Assembly: GCA_964016885.1 (NCBI GenBank)
Contig: OZ024740.1
Coordinates: 295,864,001 to 295,928,000 of the forward strand
From: Eledone cirrhosa
Taxonomy: Eukaryota
Length of the DNA: 64,000 bases
Reading direction: 5' to 3'
Every line of letters begins with the position of its first letter. Position 1 is the first letter of the stretch. Both the position numbers and the translations under genes were made by a program. The notes beneath the pieces were generated by a model. The model was not told the DNA's origin, made no database searches, and was given only the letters and a program-made list of their open reading frames with translations. This document shows, in pieces, positions 42,501 to 56,838 of this stretch.

Positions 42501-45500
42501 GAGAATATATTATATAGACAGTGAGTGTACATAAGAATATATTATATAGATAGTGAGTGTATCCAAGAATATATTATATAGACAGTGAGTGTACCTAAGA
42601 ATATATTATATAGACAGTGAGTGTACCTAAGAATATATTATATAGACAGTGAGTGTACCCGAGAATATATTATATAGACAGTGATTGTACCTAGGAATAT
42701 ATTATATAGACAGTGAGTGTACCTAAGCATATATTATATAGACAGTGAGTGTACCTAAGATTATATTATATAGACAGTGAGTGTAACTAAGAATATATTA
42801 TATAGACAGTGAGTGTACCCGAGAATATATTATATAGACAGTGATTGTACCTAAGAATATATTATATAGACAGTGAGTGTACCTAACAATATATTATATA
42901 GACAGTGAGTTTACCTAAGAATATATTATATAGAAAGTGATTGTACCAAACAATATATTAAATAGACAGTGAGTGTACCTATGAATATATTATATAGACA
43001 GTGAGTGTACTGTGAATATATTATATAGACAGTGAATGTATCCAAGAATATATTATATAGACAGTGAGTGTACCTGAGAATATATTATATAGACAGTGAG
43101 TGTACCTAAGAATATATTATATAGATAGTGAGTGTATCCAAGAATATATTATATAGACAGTGAGTGTACCTGAAAATATATATTATATAGACAGTGAGTG
43201 TACCTAAGCATATATTATATAGACAGTGAGTGTTCCTAAGAATATATTATATAGACAGTGAGTGTACTGAATATATATTATATAGACAATGAGTGTACCT
43301 AAGAATATATTATATAGACAGAGAATGTACCTAAGAATATATTATATAGATAGTGAGCGTACCTGAGATTATATTATATAGACAGTGAGTGTACCTAAGA
43401 ATATATTACATAGACAGTGAGTGTATCTGACAATATATTATATAGATAGTGAGTGTACCTACGAATATATTATATAGACAGTGAGTGTAACTAATAATAT
43501 ATTATATAGACAGTGATTGTACCTAAGAATATATTATATAGGCACTGAATGGACCTGAGAATATATTATCTAGACAATAAGTGTACCTAAGGATATATTA
43601 TATAGAGAGTGAGTGTACTGAGAATATATTATATAGACAGTGAATGTATCCAAGAATATATTATATAGACAGTGAGTGTACCTGAGAATATATTATATAG
43701 ACAGTGAGTGTACCTAAGAATATATTATATAGATAGTGAGTGTATCCAAGAATATATTATATAGACAGTGAGTGTACCTGAAAATATATATTATATAGAC
43801 AGTGAGTGTACCTAAGAATATATTATATAGACAGTGAATGTATCCAAGAATATATTATATAGATAGTGAGTGTATCTGAGAATATATTATATAGACAGTG
43901 AGTGTACATAAGAATATATTATATAGATAGTGAGTGTATCCAACAATATATTATATAGACAGTGAGTGTACCTGAGAATATATTATATAGACAGTGAGTG
44001 TACCTAAGAATATATTATATAGACAGTGAATGTATCCAAGAATATATTATATAGATAGTGAGTGTATCTCAGAATATATTATATAGACAGTGAGTGTACA
44101 TAAGAATATATTATATAGACAGTGAGTGTACCTAAGAATATATTATATAGATAGTGAGTGTATCTAAGAATATATTAAATAATTAGTGAGTGTATCTAAG
44201 AATATATTATATAGACAGTGAGTGTACCTAAGAATATATTATATAGACAGTGAGTGTACCTAAGAATATATTATATAGACAGTGAATGTATCCAAGAATA
44301 TCTTATATAGATAGTGAGTGTATCTGAGAATATATTATATAGGCAGTGAGTGTACATAAGAATATATTATATAGACAGTGAGCGTACCTACGAATATATT
44401 ATATAGATAGTGAGTGTACCTGAGAATATATTATATAGACAGTGAGTGTACCTAAGAATATATTATATAGAGTGTGAGTGTTCCTAAGAATATATTATAT
44501 AGACAGTGAGTGTACTGAATATATATTATATAGACAATGAGTGTACCTAAGAATATATTATATAGACAGTGAGTGTACCTAAGAATATATTATATAGACA
44601 GTGAGTGTACCTAAGAATATATTATATAGACAGTGAGTGTACCTAAGAATATATTATATAGACAGTGAGTGTACCTAAGAATATATTATATAGAGTGTGA
44701 GTGTTCCTAAGAATATATTATATAGACAGTGAGTGTACTGAATATATATTATATAGACAATGAGTGTACCTAAGAATATATTATATAGACAGTGAGTGTA
44801 CCTAACAATATATTATATAGACAGTGAGTGTACCTAAGAATATATTATATAGACAGCCAGTGTACTGAATATATATTATATATACAATGAGTGTACCTAA
44901 GAATATATTATATAGACAGTGAGTGTACTGAATATATATTATATAGACAATAAGTGTACCTAAGAATATATTATATAGACAGAGAGTGTACCTAAGAATA
45001 TATTATATAGATAGTGAGCGTACCTGAGATTATATTATATAGACAGTGAGTGTACATAAGAATATATTATATAGATAGTGAGTGTATCCAAGAATATATT
45101 ATATAGACAGTGAGTGTACCTGAAAATATATATTATATAGACAGTGAGTGTACCTAAGAATATATTATATAGACAGTGAATGTATCAAAGAATATATTAT
45201 ATAGATAGTGAGTGTATCTGAGAATATATTATATAGACAGTGAGTGTACATAAGAATATATTATATAGATAGTGAGTGTATCCAAGAATATATTATATAG
45301 ACAGTGAGTGTACCTGAGAATATATTATATAGACAGTGAGTGTACCTAAGAATATATTATATAGACAGTGAATGTATCCAAGAATATATTATATAGATAG
45401 TGAGTGTCTCTGAGAATATATTATATAGGCAGTGAGTGTACATAAGAATATATTATATAGACAGTGAGCGTACCTACGAATATATTATATAGATAGTGAG

Positions 45501-48500
45501 TGTACCTGAGAATATATTATATAGACAGTGAGTGTACCTAAGAATATATTATATAGAGTGTGAGTGTTCCTAAGAATATATTATATAGACAGTGAGTGTA
45601 CTGAATATATATTATATAGACAATGAGTGTACCTAAGAATATATTATATAGACAGTGAGTGTACCTAAGAATATATTATATAGACAGTGAGTGTACCTAA
45701 GAATATATTATATAGACAGTGAGTGTACCTAAGAATATATTATATAGACAGTGAGTGTACCTAAGAATATATTATATAGAGTGTGAGTGTTCCTAAGAAT
45801 ATATTATATAGACAGTGAGTGTACTGAATATATATTATATAGACAATGAGTGTACCTAAGAATATATTATATAGACAGTGAGTGTACCTAACAATATATT
45901 ATATAGACAGTGAGTGTACCTAAGAATATATTATATAGACAGCCAGTGTACTGAATATATATTATATATACAATGAGTGTACCTAAGAATATATTATATA
46001 GACAGTGAGTGTACCTAAGAATATATTATATAGACAGTGACTGTACCTAAGAATATATTATATAGACAGTGAGTGTTCCTAAGAATATATTATATAGACA
46101 GTGAGTGTACTGAATATATATTATATAGACAATAAGTGTACCTAAGAATATATTATATAGACAGAGAGTGTACCTAAGAATATATTATATAGATAGTGAG
46201 CGTACCTGAGATTATATTATATAGACAGTGAGTGTACCTAAGAATATATTATATAGACAGTGAGTGTACCTAATAAAATATTATATAGAGAGTGAGTGTA
46301 CCTAAGAATATATTACATAGACAGTGAGTGTACCTGACAATATATTATATAGACAGTGATTGTACCTAACAATATATTATACAGGCACTGAATGGACCTG
46401 AGAATATATTATCTAGACAATAAGTGTACCTAAGGATATATTATATAGAGAGTGAGTGTACTGAGAATATATTATATAGACAGTGAATGTATCCAAGAAT
46501 ATATTATATAGACAGTGAGTGTACCTGAGAATATATTATATAGACAGTGAGTGTACCTAAGAATATATTATATAGATAGTGAGTGTATCCAAGAATATAT
46601 TATATAGACAGTGAGTGTACCTGAAAATATATATTATATAGACAGTGAGTGTACCTAAGAATATATTATATAGACAGTGAATGTATCCAAGAATATATTA
46701 TATAGATAGTGAGTGTATCTGAGAATATATTATATAGACAGTGAGTGTACATAACAATATATTATATAGATAGTGAGTGTATCCAAGAATATATTATATA
46801 GACAGTGAGTGTACCTGAGAATATATTATATAGACAGTGAGTGTACCTAAGAATATATTATATAGACAGTGAATGTATCCAAGAATATATTATATAGATA
46901 GTGAGTGTATCTGAGAATATATTATATAGACAGTGAGTGTACATAAGAATATATTATATAGATAGTGAGTGTATCCAAGAATATATTATATAGACAGTGA
47001 GTGTACCTAAGAATATATTATATAGACAGTGAGTGTACCTAAGAATATATTATATAGACAGTGAGTGTACCCGAGAATATATTATATAGACAGTGATTGT
47101 ACCTAGGAATATATTATATAGACAGTGAGTGTACCTAAGCATATATTATATAGACAGTGAGTGTACCTAAGATTATATTATATAGACAGTGAGTGTAACT
47201 AAGAATATATTATATAGACAGTGAGTGTACCCGAGAATATATTATATAGACAGTGATTGTACCTAAGAATATATTATATAGACAGTGAGTGTACCTAACA
47301 ATATATTATATAGACAGTGAGTTTACCTAAGAATATATTATATAGAAAGTGATTGTACCAAACAATATATTAAATAGACAGTGAGTGTACCTATGAATAT
47401 ATTATATAGACAGTGAGTGTACTGTGAATATATTATATAGACAGTGAATGTATCCAAGAATATATTATATAGACAGTGAGTGTACCTGAGAATATATTAT
47501 ATAGACAGTGAGTGTACCTAAGAATATATTATATAGATAGTGAGTGTATCCAAGAATATATTATATAGACAGTGAGTGTACCTGAAAATATATATTATAT
47601 AGACAGTGAGTGTACCTAAGCATATATTATATAGACAGTGAGTGTTCCTAAGAATATATTATATAGACAGTGAGTGTACTGAATATATATTATATAGACA
47701 ATGAGTGTACCTAAGAATATATTATATAGACAGAGAATGTACCTAAGAATATATTATATAGATAGTGAGCGTACCTGAGATTATATTATATAGACAGTGA
47801 GTGTACCTAAGAATATATTACATAGACAGTGAGTGTATCTGACAATATATTATATAGATAGTGAGTGTACCTACGAATATATTATATAGACAGTGAGTGT
47901 AACTAATAATATATTATATAGACAGTGATTGTACCTAAGAATATATTATATAGGCACTGAATGGACCTGAGAATATATTATCTAGACAATAAGTGTACCT
48001 AAGGATATATTATATAGAGAGTGAGTGTACTGAGAATATATTATATAGACAGTGAATGTATCCAAGAATATATTATATAGACAGTGAGTGTACCTGAGAA
48101 TATATTATATAGACAGTGAGTGTACCTAAGAATATATTATATAGATAGTGAGTGTATCCAAGAATATATTATATAGACAGTGAGTGTACCTGAAAATATA
48201 TATTATATAGACAGTGAGTGTACCTAAGAATATATTATATAGACAGTGAATGTATCCAAGAATATATTATATAGATAGTGAGTGTATCTGAGAATATATG
48301 ATATAGACAGTGAGTGTACATAAGAATATATTATATAGATAGTGAGTGTATCCAACAATATATTATATAGACAGTGAGTGTACCTGAGAATATATTATAT
48401 AGACAGTGAGTGTACCTAAGAATATATTATATAGACAGTGAATGTATCCAAGAATATATTATATAGATAGTGAGTGTATCTCAGAATATATTATATAGAC

Positions 48501-51500
48501 AGTGAGTGTACATAAGAATATATTATAAAGACAGTGAGTGTACCTAAGAATATATTATATAGATAGTGAGTGTATCTAAGAATATATTAAATAATTAGTG
48601 AGTGTATCTAAGAATATATTATATAGACAGTGAGTGTACCTAAGAATATATTATATAGACAGTGAGTGTACCTAAGAATATATTATATAGACAGTGAATG
48701 TATCCAAGAATATCTTATATAGATAGTGAGTGTATCTGAGAATATATTATATAGGCAGTGAGTGTACATAAGAATATATTATATAGACAGTGAGCGTACC
48801 TACGAATATATTATATAGATAGTGAGTGTACCTGAGAATATATTATATAGACAGTGAGTGTACCTAAGAATATATTATATAGAGTGTGAGTGTTCCTAAG
48901 AATATATTATATAGACAGTGAGTGTACTGAATATATATTATATAGACAATGAGTGTACCTAAGAATATATTATATAGACAGTGAGTGTACCTAAGAATAT
49001 ATTATATAGACAGTGAGTGTACCTAAGAATATATTATATAGACAGTGAGTGTACCTAAGAATATATTATATAGACAGTGAGTGTACCTAAGAATATATTA
49101 TATAGAGTGTGAGTGTTCCTAAGAATATATTATATAGACAGTGAGTGTACTGAATATATATTATATAGACAATGAGTGTACCTAAGAATATATTATATAG
49201 ACAGTGAGTGTACCTAACAATATATTATATAGACAGTGAGTGTACCTAAGAATATATTATATAGACAGCCAGTGTACTGAATATATATTATATATACAAT
49301 GAGTGTACCTAAGAATATATTATATAGACAGTGAGTGTACTGAATATATATTATATAGACAATAAGTGTACCTAAGAATATATTATATAGACAGAGAGTG
49401 TACCTAAGAATATATTATATAGATAGTGAGCGTACCTGAGATTATATTATATAGACAGTGAGTGTACCTAAGAATATATTATATAGACAGTGAGTGTACC
49501 TAATAAAATATTATATAGAGAGTGAGTGTACCTAAGAATATATTACATAGACAGTGAGTGTACCTGACAATATATTATATAGATAGTGAGTGTACCTAAG
49601 AATATATTATATAGACAGTGAGTGTAACTAATAATATATTATATAGACAGTGATTGTACCTAAGAATATATTATATAGGCACTGAATGGACCTGAGAATA
49701 TATTATCTAGACAATAAGTGTACCTAAGGATATATTATATAGAGAGTGAGTGTACTGAGAATATATTTTATAGACAGTGAATGTATCCAAGAATATATTA
49801 TATAGACAGTGAGTGTACCTGAGAATATATTATATAGACAGTGAGTGTACCTAAGAATATATTATATAGATAGTGAGTGTATCCAAGAATATATTATATA
49901 GACAGTGAGTGTACCTGAAAATATATATTATATAGACAGTGAGTGTACCTAAGAATATATTTTGTAGACAGTGAATGTATCCAAGAATATATTATATAGA
50001 TAGTGAGTGTATCTGAGAATATATTATATAGACAGTGAGTGTACATAAGAATATATTATATAGATAGTGAGTGTATCCAAGAATATATTATATAGACAGT
50101 GAGTGTACCTGAGAATATATTATATAGACAGAGAGTGTACCTAAGAATATATTATATAGACAGTGAATGTATCCAAGAATAGATTATATAGATAGTGAGT
50201 GTATCTGAGAATATATTATATAGACAGTGAGTGTACATAAGAATATATTATATAGACAGTGAGTGTACCTAAGAATATATTATATAGATAGTGAGTGTAT
50301 CTAAGAATATATTATATAGATAGTGAGTGTATCTAAGAATATATTATATAGACAGTGAGTGTACCTAAGAATATATTATATAGACAGTGAGTGTACCTAA
50401 GAATATATTATATAGACAGTGAGTGTACCTAAGAATATATTATATAGACAGTGAGTGTACCTAGGAAAATATTATATAGATAGTGAGTGTACCTAAGCAT
50501 ATATTATATAGACAGTGAGTGTACCTAAGATTATATTATATAGACAGTGAGTGTAACTAAGAATATATTATATAGACAGTGAGTGTACCCGAGAATATAT
50601 TATATAGACAGTGATTGTACCTAAGAATATATTATATAGACAGTGAGTGTACCTAACAATATATTATATAGACAGTGAGTGTACCTAAGAATATATTATA
50701 TAGAAAGTGAGTGTACCAAACAATATATTAAATAGACAGTGAGTGTACCTATGAATATATTATATAGACAGTGAGTGTACTGAGAATATATTATATAGAC
50801 AGTGAATGTATCCAAGAATATATTATATTGACAGTGAGTGTACCTGAGAATATATTATATAGACAGTGAGTGTACCTAAGAATATATTATATAGATAGTG
50901 AGTGTATCCAAGAATATATTATATAGACAGTGAGTGTACCTGAAAATATATATTATATAGACAGTGAGTGTACCTAAGAATATATTATATAGACAGTGAA
51001 TGTATCCAAGAATATATTATATAGATAGTGAGTGTATCTGAGAATATATTATATAGACAGTGAGTGTACATAAGAATATATTATATAGATAGTGAGTGTA
51101 TCCAAGAATATATTATATAGACAGTGAGTGTACCTGAGAATATATTATATAGACAGTGAGTGTACCTAAGAATATATTATATAGACAGTGAATGTATCCA
51201 AGAATATATTATATAGATAGTGAGTGTATCTGAGAATATATTATATAGACAGTGAGTGTACATAAGAATATATTATATAGACAGTGAGTGTACCTAAGAA
51301 TATATTATATAGATAGTGAGTGTATCTAAGAATATATTATATAGATAGTGAGTGTATCTAAGAATATATTATATAGACAGTGAGTGTACCTAAGAATATA
51401 TTATATAGACAGTGAGTGTACCTAAGAATATATTATATAGAGAGTGAGTGTACCTAAGAATATATTATATAGACAGTGAGTGTACCTAAGAATATATTAT

Positions 51501-53112
51501 ATAGACAGTGAGTGTACCTAAGAATATATTATATAGACAGTGATTGTACCTAAGAATATATTATATGGACAGTGAGTGTACATGAAAATATATATTATAT
51601 AGACAGTGAGTGTACCTAAGAATATATTATATAGACAGTGAATGTATCCAAGAATATATTATATAGATAGTGAGTGTATCTGAGAATATATTATATAGAC
51701 AGTGAGTGTACATAAGAATATATTATATAGATAGTGAGTGTATCCAAGAATATATTATATAGACAGTGAGTGTACCTGAAAATATATATTATATAGACGG
51801 TGAGTGTACCTAAGAATATATTATATAGACAGTGAATGTATCAAAGAATATATTATATAGATAGTGAGTGTATCTGAGAATATATTATATAGACAGTGAG
51901 TGTACATAAGAATATATTATATAGATAGTGAGTGTATCCAAGAATATATTATATAGACAGTGAGTGTACCTGAGAATATATTATATAGACAGTGAGTGTA
52001 CCTAAGAATATATTATATAGACAGTGAATGTATCCAAGAATATATTATATAGATAGTGAGCGTATCTGAGAATATATTATATAGGCAGTGAGTGTACATA
52101 AGAATATATTATATAGACATTGAGTTTTCCCTTAGAATATATTATATAGACAGTGAGTGTACCTAAGAATATATTATATAGACAGTGAGTGTACCTAAGA
52201 ATATATTATATAGACAGTGAGTGTTCCTAAGAATATATTATATAGACAGTGAGTGTACTGAATATATATTATATAGACAATAAGTGTACCTAAGAATATA
52301 TTATATAGACAGAGAGTGTACCTAAGAATATGTTATATAGATAGTGAGCGTACCTGAGATTATATTATATAGACAGTGAGTGTACCTAAGAATATATTAT
52401 ATAGACAGTGAGTGTACCTAATAAAATATTATATAGAGAGTGAGTGTACCTAAGAATATATTACATAGACAGTGAGTGTACCTGACAATATATTATATAG
52501 ATAGTGAGTGTACCTAAGAATATATTATATAGACAGTGAGTGTAACTAATAATATATTATATAGACAGTGATTGTACCTAAGAATATATTATATAGGCAC
52601 TGAATGGACCTGAGAATATATTATCTAGACAATAAGTGTACCTAAGGATATATTATATAGAGAGTGAGTGTACTGAGAATATATTATATAGACAGTGAAT
52701 GTATCCAAGAATATATTATATAGACAGTGAGTGTACCTAAGAATATATTATATAGACAGTGAGTGTACCTAAGAATATATTATATAGATAGTGAGTGTAT
52801 CCAAGAATATATTATATAGACAGTGAGTGTACCTGAAAATATATATTATATAGACAGTGAGTGTACCTAAGAATATATTATATAGACAGTGAATGTATCC
52901 AAGAATATATTATATAGATAGTGAGTGTATCTGAGAATATATTATATAGACAGTGAGTGTACATAAGAATATATTATATAGATAGTGAGTGTATCCAAGA
53001 ATATATTATATAGACAGTGAGTGTACCTGAGAATATATTATATAGACAGTGAGTGTACCTAAGAATATATTATATAGACAGTGAATGTATCCAAGAATAT
53101 ATTATATAGATA
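36586..53112. repeat. 32-bp satellite, segment 3
   Basis: Same monomer and orientation, between copies 2 and 3. Confidence 0.97.
40630..49455. repeat. Tandem block duplication, period 4412 bp
   Basis: Rare variants recur at offset 4412: (TATAC)AGGCAC 41971/46383, TGTGAATA 43011/47423, AATTAG 44181/48593, GTATCAAAG 40770/45182. Boundaries are approximate. Confidence 0.88.
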
Positions 53113-53376
53113 TATTTCTTTTATTTGCCACTAGGGCATCAAAAGTGGGACAAGTACAAAGGGGGGAGTTTACACAAAAAGGCGTCCTCAATAAGGAGAA
53201 GGCAATAACAAAATATAAAAATAAAATAAGATATAACAAAAAATAAAATTTTTAACAAAATCCTCAATAGAGAGGAGGCGCCTTGGGGGGTCGCACACAC
53301 CCCCGAAAAAAGTGTGCAACCCTTCTCCTCAGGAGCACAGAGAAGGGGTGCTCCCTTGGTCTTTTATCTTCCTCAC

Positions 53377-56300
53377 CTATAGTCTGATGTAGAGTGAAGG
53401 CCCATTCACACGGGCCATTCTCGCCACTTTCACCCATCTTTCATAGAAACGGCTGGGGTGCAGCACCTCTCTCTCCATCCTGATCCTTCTTCCGAAATGA
53501 TATCGGAAGAAACGGACCAGTTGTTGGCCAGAGAGAAAGGTGCCCGACCTCAGTCCTTTCAGACGCGTCCACCATACAACCTCTTTCGCCATGGCTATTA
53601 CGCACAGAAACACCGCCTCTGCTTCATCTTTGAAGGGGGGAGGCGGCTTGATCATTACAATCGACTCGGTGGTCAACCGGATCGGTCCCACCCTTGACAG
53701 CAGTTGTTCGACATAGCCCCACAGATCGGCTACGCCCGAGCAGTGTACTAATGCGTGTGCAACGGTTTCCTCGTCGCACACGCATCTGGGACAGATCTTT
53801 TTGGCGGGGTCCCTACCCGGGCGCCCGTGTCTGTAGAGCCTTTCTCGAACGGGTAAAGCCCCTCGGTAGCACTGCCAGGCCAGGGACTTCTGGAAGTTGT
53901 CCATAGGTCCCGGGCTGAATGTCCTACCGAACAGGCTGGCCAGTTCGTCCTCCTCCATGTCTAGGGCTTCTCCGAGGGCGTCGTCGCACCTGCTGCGTAC
54001 CAGCCCTCTATAGAATGTTGCGGTGGAGTCTCCACTGATAACCGGATCCGCCTGCCAGAGGGCGGTGAGCGCCTGGGCACACTCAGTGTGCCAGGCGCCC
54101 AGTTTTCTCGGTCTTTGCTTGACCCAGGATTGCAGCTCGGTGAGTGAGACGAGTTTGGGAAAGGTTCGTCTCACAAACGAGGCCCACACCGGTTGTCCGG
54201 TGAGGAATACGTAGAGGTGCCGTAGCCTTAATGCGTGTTTACGCATCATTAGCCACGGCATCCCCAGCCCTCCTTTCGAAGGGTGTTGACAGCAGATGGA
54301 TCTCCTCACCATAGGAGCCCGCCTCTTCCAAAGGAATTGGAAGAGCGCGCGCTCCATCTTGGTGAGGGTTTCCCTTGGGCAGGGCACTACGGTCAGGCGG
54401 TAGTAGATGACGGACGCTATGTAGGTGTTCGCCACCTCCGCCCGACCTTTCAGGGATAGTTTGCAACTGGCCCACTTCTGGGTCAGTGCAAACACCCTGT
54501 TCGTAACCTCCGCCCAGTTTTTCTCCACCTGGAGGTCCGGTCCGAACCAGACCCCGAGCAACTTCACCGGGCCCTCCGTCCAGCGTCCGACGACGCTATC
54601 GGAGGGCATCGGTCTGCCCCTCCACGTGCCGAGTTGCAAACCGATCGACTTGTCCCGGTTCAGCTTAGCCCCTGTGAACTTTTCGTACTCCTCCAGTAAG
54701 GTGCCGACCGCCTCGATTTCGGAGGCCGTCGACACCATTACTGTCACGTCATCGGCGTAGGCCGACACCGCTTTCCGCAATCCCGGTTCCAAAGGGATGC
54801 CCTGCAACAACTCCAACTTCCGCAGTAGTGGCTCGAGAGTCAACACATACAGAAGGGAGGAGAGAGGGCACCCTTGTCGGATGGACCGCGCGATTTTGAA
54901 CGGCTCCGAGAGGTAGCCGTTCACCTTGACCCTAGAGCAGATGCGGCTGCTGTGCATAGCAGTGATCCAGCCCCTGAAAACGGGTCCGAAGCCTGCCGCC
55001 GCTAGCACCGCATCCAGGTAACCATGGTCGACCCTATCGAACGCCTTAGATTGATCCAAGTTGATCAGAGCCCCACCAAAGCCGGGTTCGTTCCCAACCC
55101 TCTCTATGATGTATCGCATGAGGTGGAGGTTGTCATGGATGGACCTGGACGGGATAGCGCATGTCTGCGCATCTCCCACCAGGTTGCCCACGACAAGCGC
55201 CAACCTCTTTGCTAGCACCTTGGCCAAAATCTGTAACTCTGTATTTAGCAGTGTTATGGGCCTGAAGTTACTTATTTCGTCCCCCTTGTTCTCGTCCTTC
55301 CTCACTAGCGTGACTACGCCCTTGGTCACAGTACAGGGAATTCTCCCGTTCTGTTGCCAGTTGCAGTAGACCGCCTCGAGGAGATCGGGGAACAAGTCCG
55401 GCATAGCTAGATATAATTCGTAAGGAAGACCATCGAGACCCGGGGATTTGCGTTTGCCGCATTGGCTCAGCACGTCCTCTATCTCAGCGGCCGAAATCGG
55501 CTCCTCGCAGGACTTCGCCTCCCTGTCCGAGAGGCGCGGCAGGCCGTCGAGGTATGGACCGAAGTCCACGTTCCCAACCGGCTCCCCGCCCCTCCCGAAC
55601 AGTCGGGCAAAGTGCCTTTGAAAGGCCTCACACATCTGCTTAGGCTCAAGAATCGCCCGTCCATCCAGGTCTTGCAAAGACCGGATGGTGGATTTAGTTC
55701 CACTGTTGGCCTCTGTCACGCGGGCCCAGCTAACAGCTTTGGTCCCCTCGTTCCCTAGAGCACGTATTTTACTTCGGACAACGCAGCCTTCGTGCTTCGC
55801 GTCGAAAAACTGGCTCAACGCCGTTCTCGACGCTAGCACTCTGGCCACGTCGCCGCTTCTAATTGCCTCTTCTACTCTATCTATTAGCTCCCTTTCCTTC
55901 CTATTCCTATCCGCAGCTAGAACCTTACTAAATTCTATCGAGACTACTCTAATCTCTCTCTTTAGAGATACCCACCACCTGCTGTTGACGATCGCTCCAG
56001 TCAACCGTTCCTTAACTAACGTACTAATCCGATTCCTGTAGGCTCTACTTGCCGGCAAGGACAAGTTGAGCTTCCAGTAACCGGGGCCCTGTCTATGAGT
56101 TCTGTCAAGGTTGACCATGCAGGTCACTAATTTGTGGTCTGAATAGCCAACAATGCGCATTTTTGGACAACTTAAAAAGTCCTTATCCTTAATTCTAACT
56201 AAGAACCTATCTAGGTACGACCTAGATGATCCGCTACGATTTGCCCAAGTCCAGGTTGGCGCAGTCGGAAAATCTAGTCGATATCTATCGGCCAGGTCAA

Positions 56301-56814
56301 ATCGACCGATTAACCCTTTGAGGCTATTACACCCCTCTCTATCGGGGCAGGCCCCTACGTAGTCCCAGCGTGCATCTAGGATACCATTCCAGTCCCCCAC
56401 TAATAGCAAGGAGCGGGACGTCCCTAGAAAAGTCTCCAGACGATGGAAGAAGTCCGGCCGCATTGACCCGAAAGGGCCGTAGGCGGCTACCAACCTAAAC
56501 GCTCCGCCTTTACCACTGCCAAGGTCCAGAACCACTAGTCGACCCTCCGGGTCCAAATGTACCATCTGTGTTGCGAGACCCAGATGTTTTTGCAGCAGAA
56601 CGACAACTCCACCCCCACCTCCGGGCTGACAGAGAGATGCGTGCATCTCAAAGTCATCAAAGGTGGGGGCCAGCTGTCGCACGTTGCTGATCCGGGCCTC
56701 GCAAATAACCATCACATCTATACGTTGTGACCTGAGGTCATTTAGAAGCATTGCTTGCTTCCAAGTTGAGCCCAGGCCACGCGCATTTAAACAGCCTACT
56801 CTTAGCATAGCCAT
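53377..56814 (-). CDS. ORF2 pol protein (APE, RT, zinc finger), intact
   Basis: Same motifs as copy 1 with only two amino-acid differences seen (SLRD/SLQD, FPRL/FPKL). The frame is open from 56838; the first ATG is at 56814. Confidence 0.96.
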   Translation of the reverse strand: MAMLRVGCLNARGLGSTWKQAMLLNDLRSQRIDVMVICEARISNVRQLAPTFDDFEMHASLCQPGGGGGVVVLLQKHLGLATQMVHLDPEGRLVVLDLGSGKGGAFRLVAAYGPFGSMRPDFFHRLETFLGTSRSLLLVGDWNGILDARWDYVGACPDREGCNSLKGLIGRFDLADRYRLDFPTAPTWTWANRSGSSRSYLDRFLVRIKDKDFLSCPKMRIVGYSDHKLVTCMVNLDRTHRQGPGYWKLNLSLPASRAYRNRISTLVKERLTGAIVNSRWWVSLKREIRVVSIEFSKVLAADRNRKERELIDRVEEAIRSGDVARVLASRTALSQFFDAKHEGCVVRSKIRALGNEGTKAVSWARVTEANSGTKSTIRSLQDLDGRAILEPKQMCEAFQRHFARLFGRGGEPVGNVDFGPYLDGLPRLSDREAKSCEEPISAAEIEDVLSQCGKRKSPGLDGLPYELYLAMPDLFPDLLEAVYCNWQQNGRIPCTVTKGVVTLVRKDENKGDEISNFRPITLLNTELQILAKVLAKRLALVVGNLVGDAQTCAIPSRSIHDNLHLMRYIIERVGNEPGFGGALINLDQSKAFDRVDHGYLDAVLAAAGFGPVFRGWITAMHSSRICSRVKVNGYLSEPFKIARSIRQGCPLSSLLYVLTLEPLLRKLELLQGIPLEPGLRKAVSAYADDVTVMVSTASEIEAVGTLLEEYEKFTGAKLNRDKSIGLQLGTWRGRPMPSDSVVGRWTEGPVKLLGVWFGPDLQVEKNWAEVTNRVFALTQKWASCKLSLKGRAEVANTYIASVIYYRLTVVPCPRETLTKMERALFQFLWKRRAPMVRRSICCQHPSKGGLGMPWLMMRKHALRLRHLYVFLTGQPVWASFVRRTFPKLVSLTELQSWVKQRPRKLGAWHTECAQALTALWQADPVISGDSTATFYRGLVRSRCDDALGEALDMEEDELASLFGRTFSPGPMDNFQKSLAWQCYRGALPVRERLYRHGRPGRDPAKKICPRCVCDEETVAHALVHCSGVADLWGYVEQLLSRVGPIRLTTESIVMIKPPPPFKDEAEAVFLCVIAMAKEVVWWTRLKGLRSGTFLSGQQLVRFFRYHFGRRIRMEREVLHPSRFYERWVKVARMARVNGPSLYIRL

Positions 56815-56838
56815 GTTGGTGGTGAAGAGAAAAGGCAC

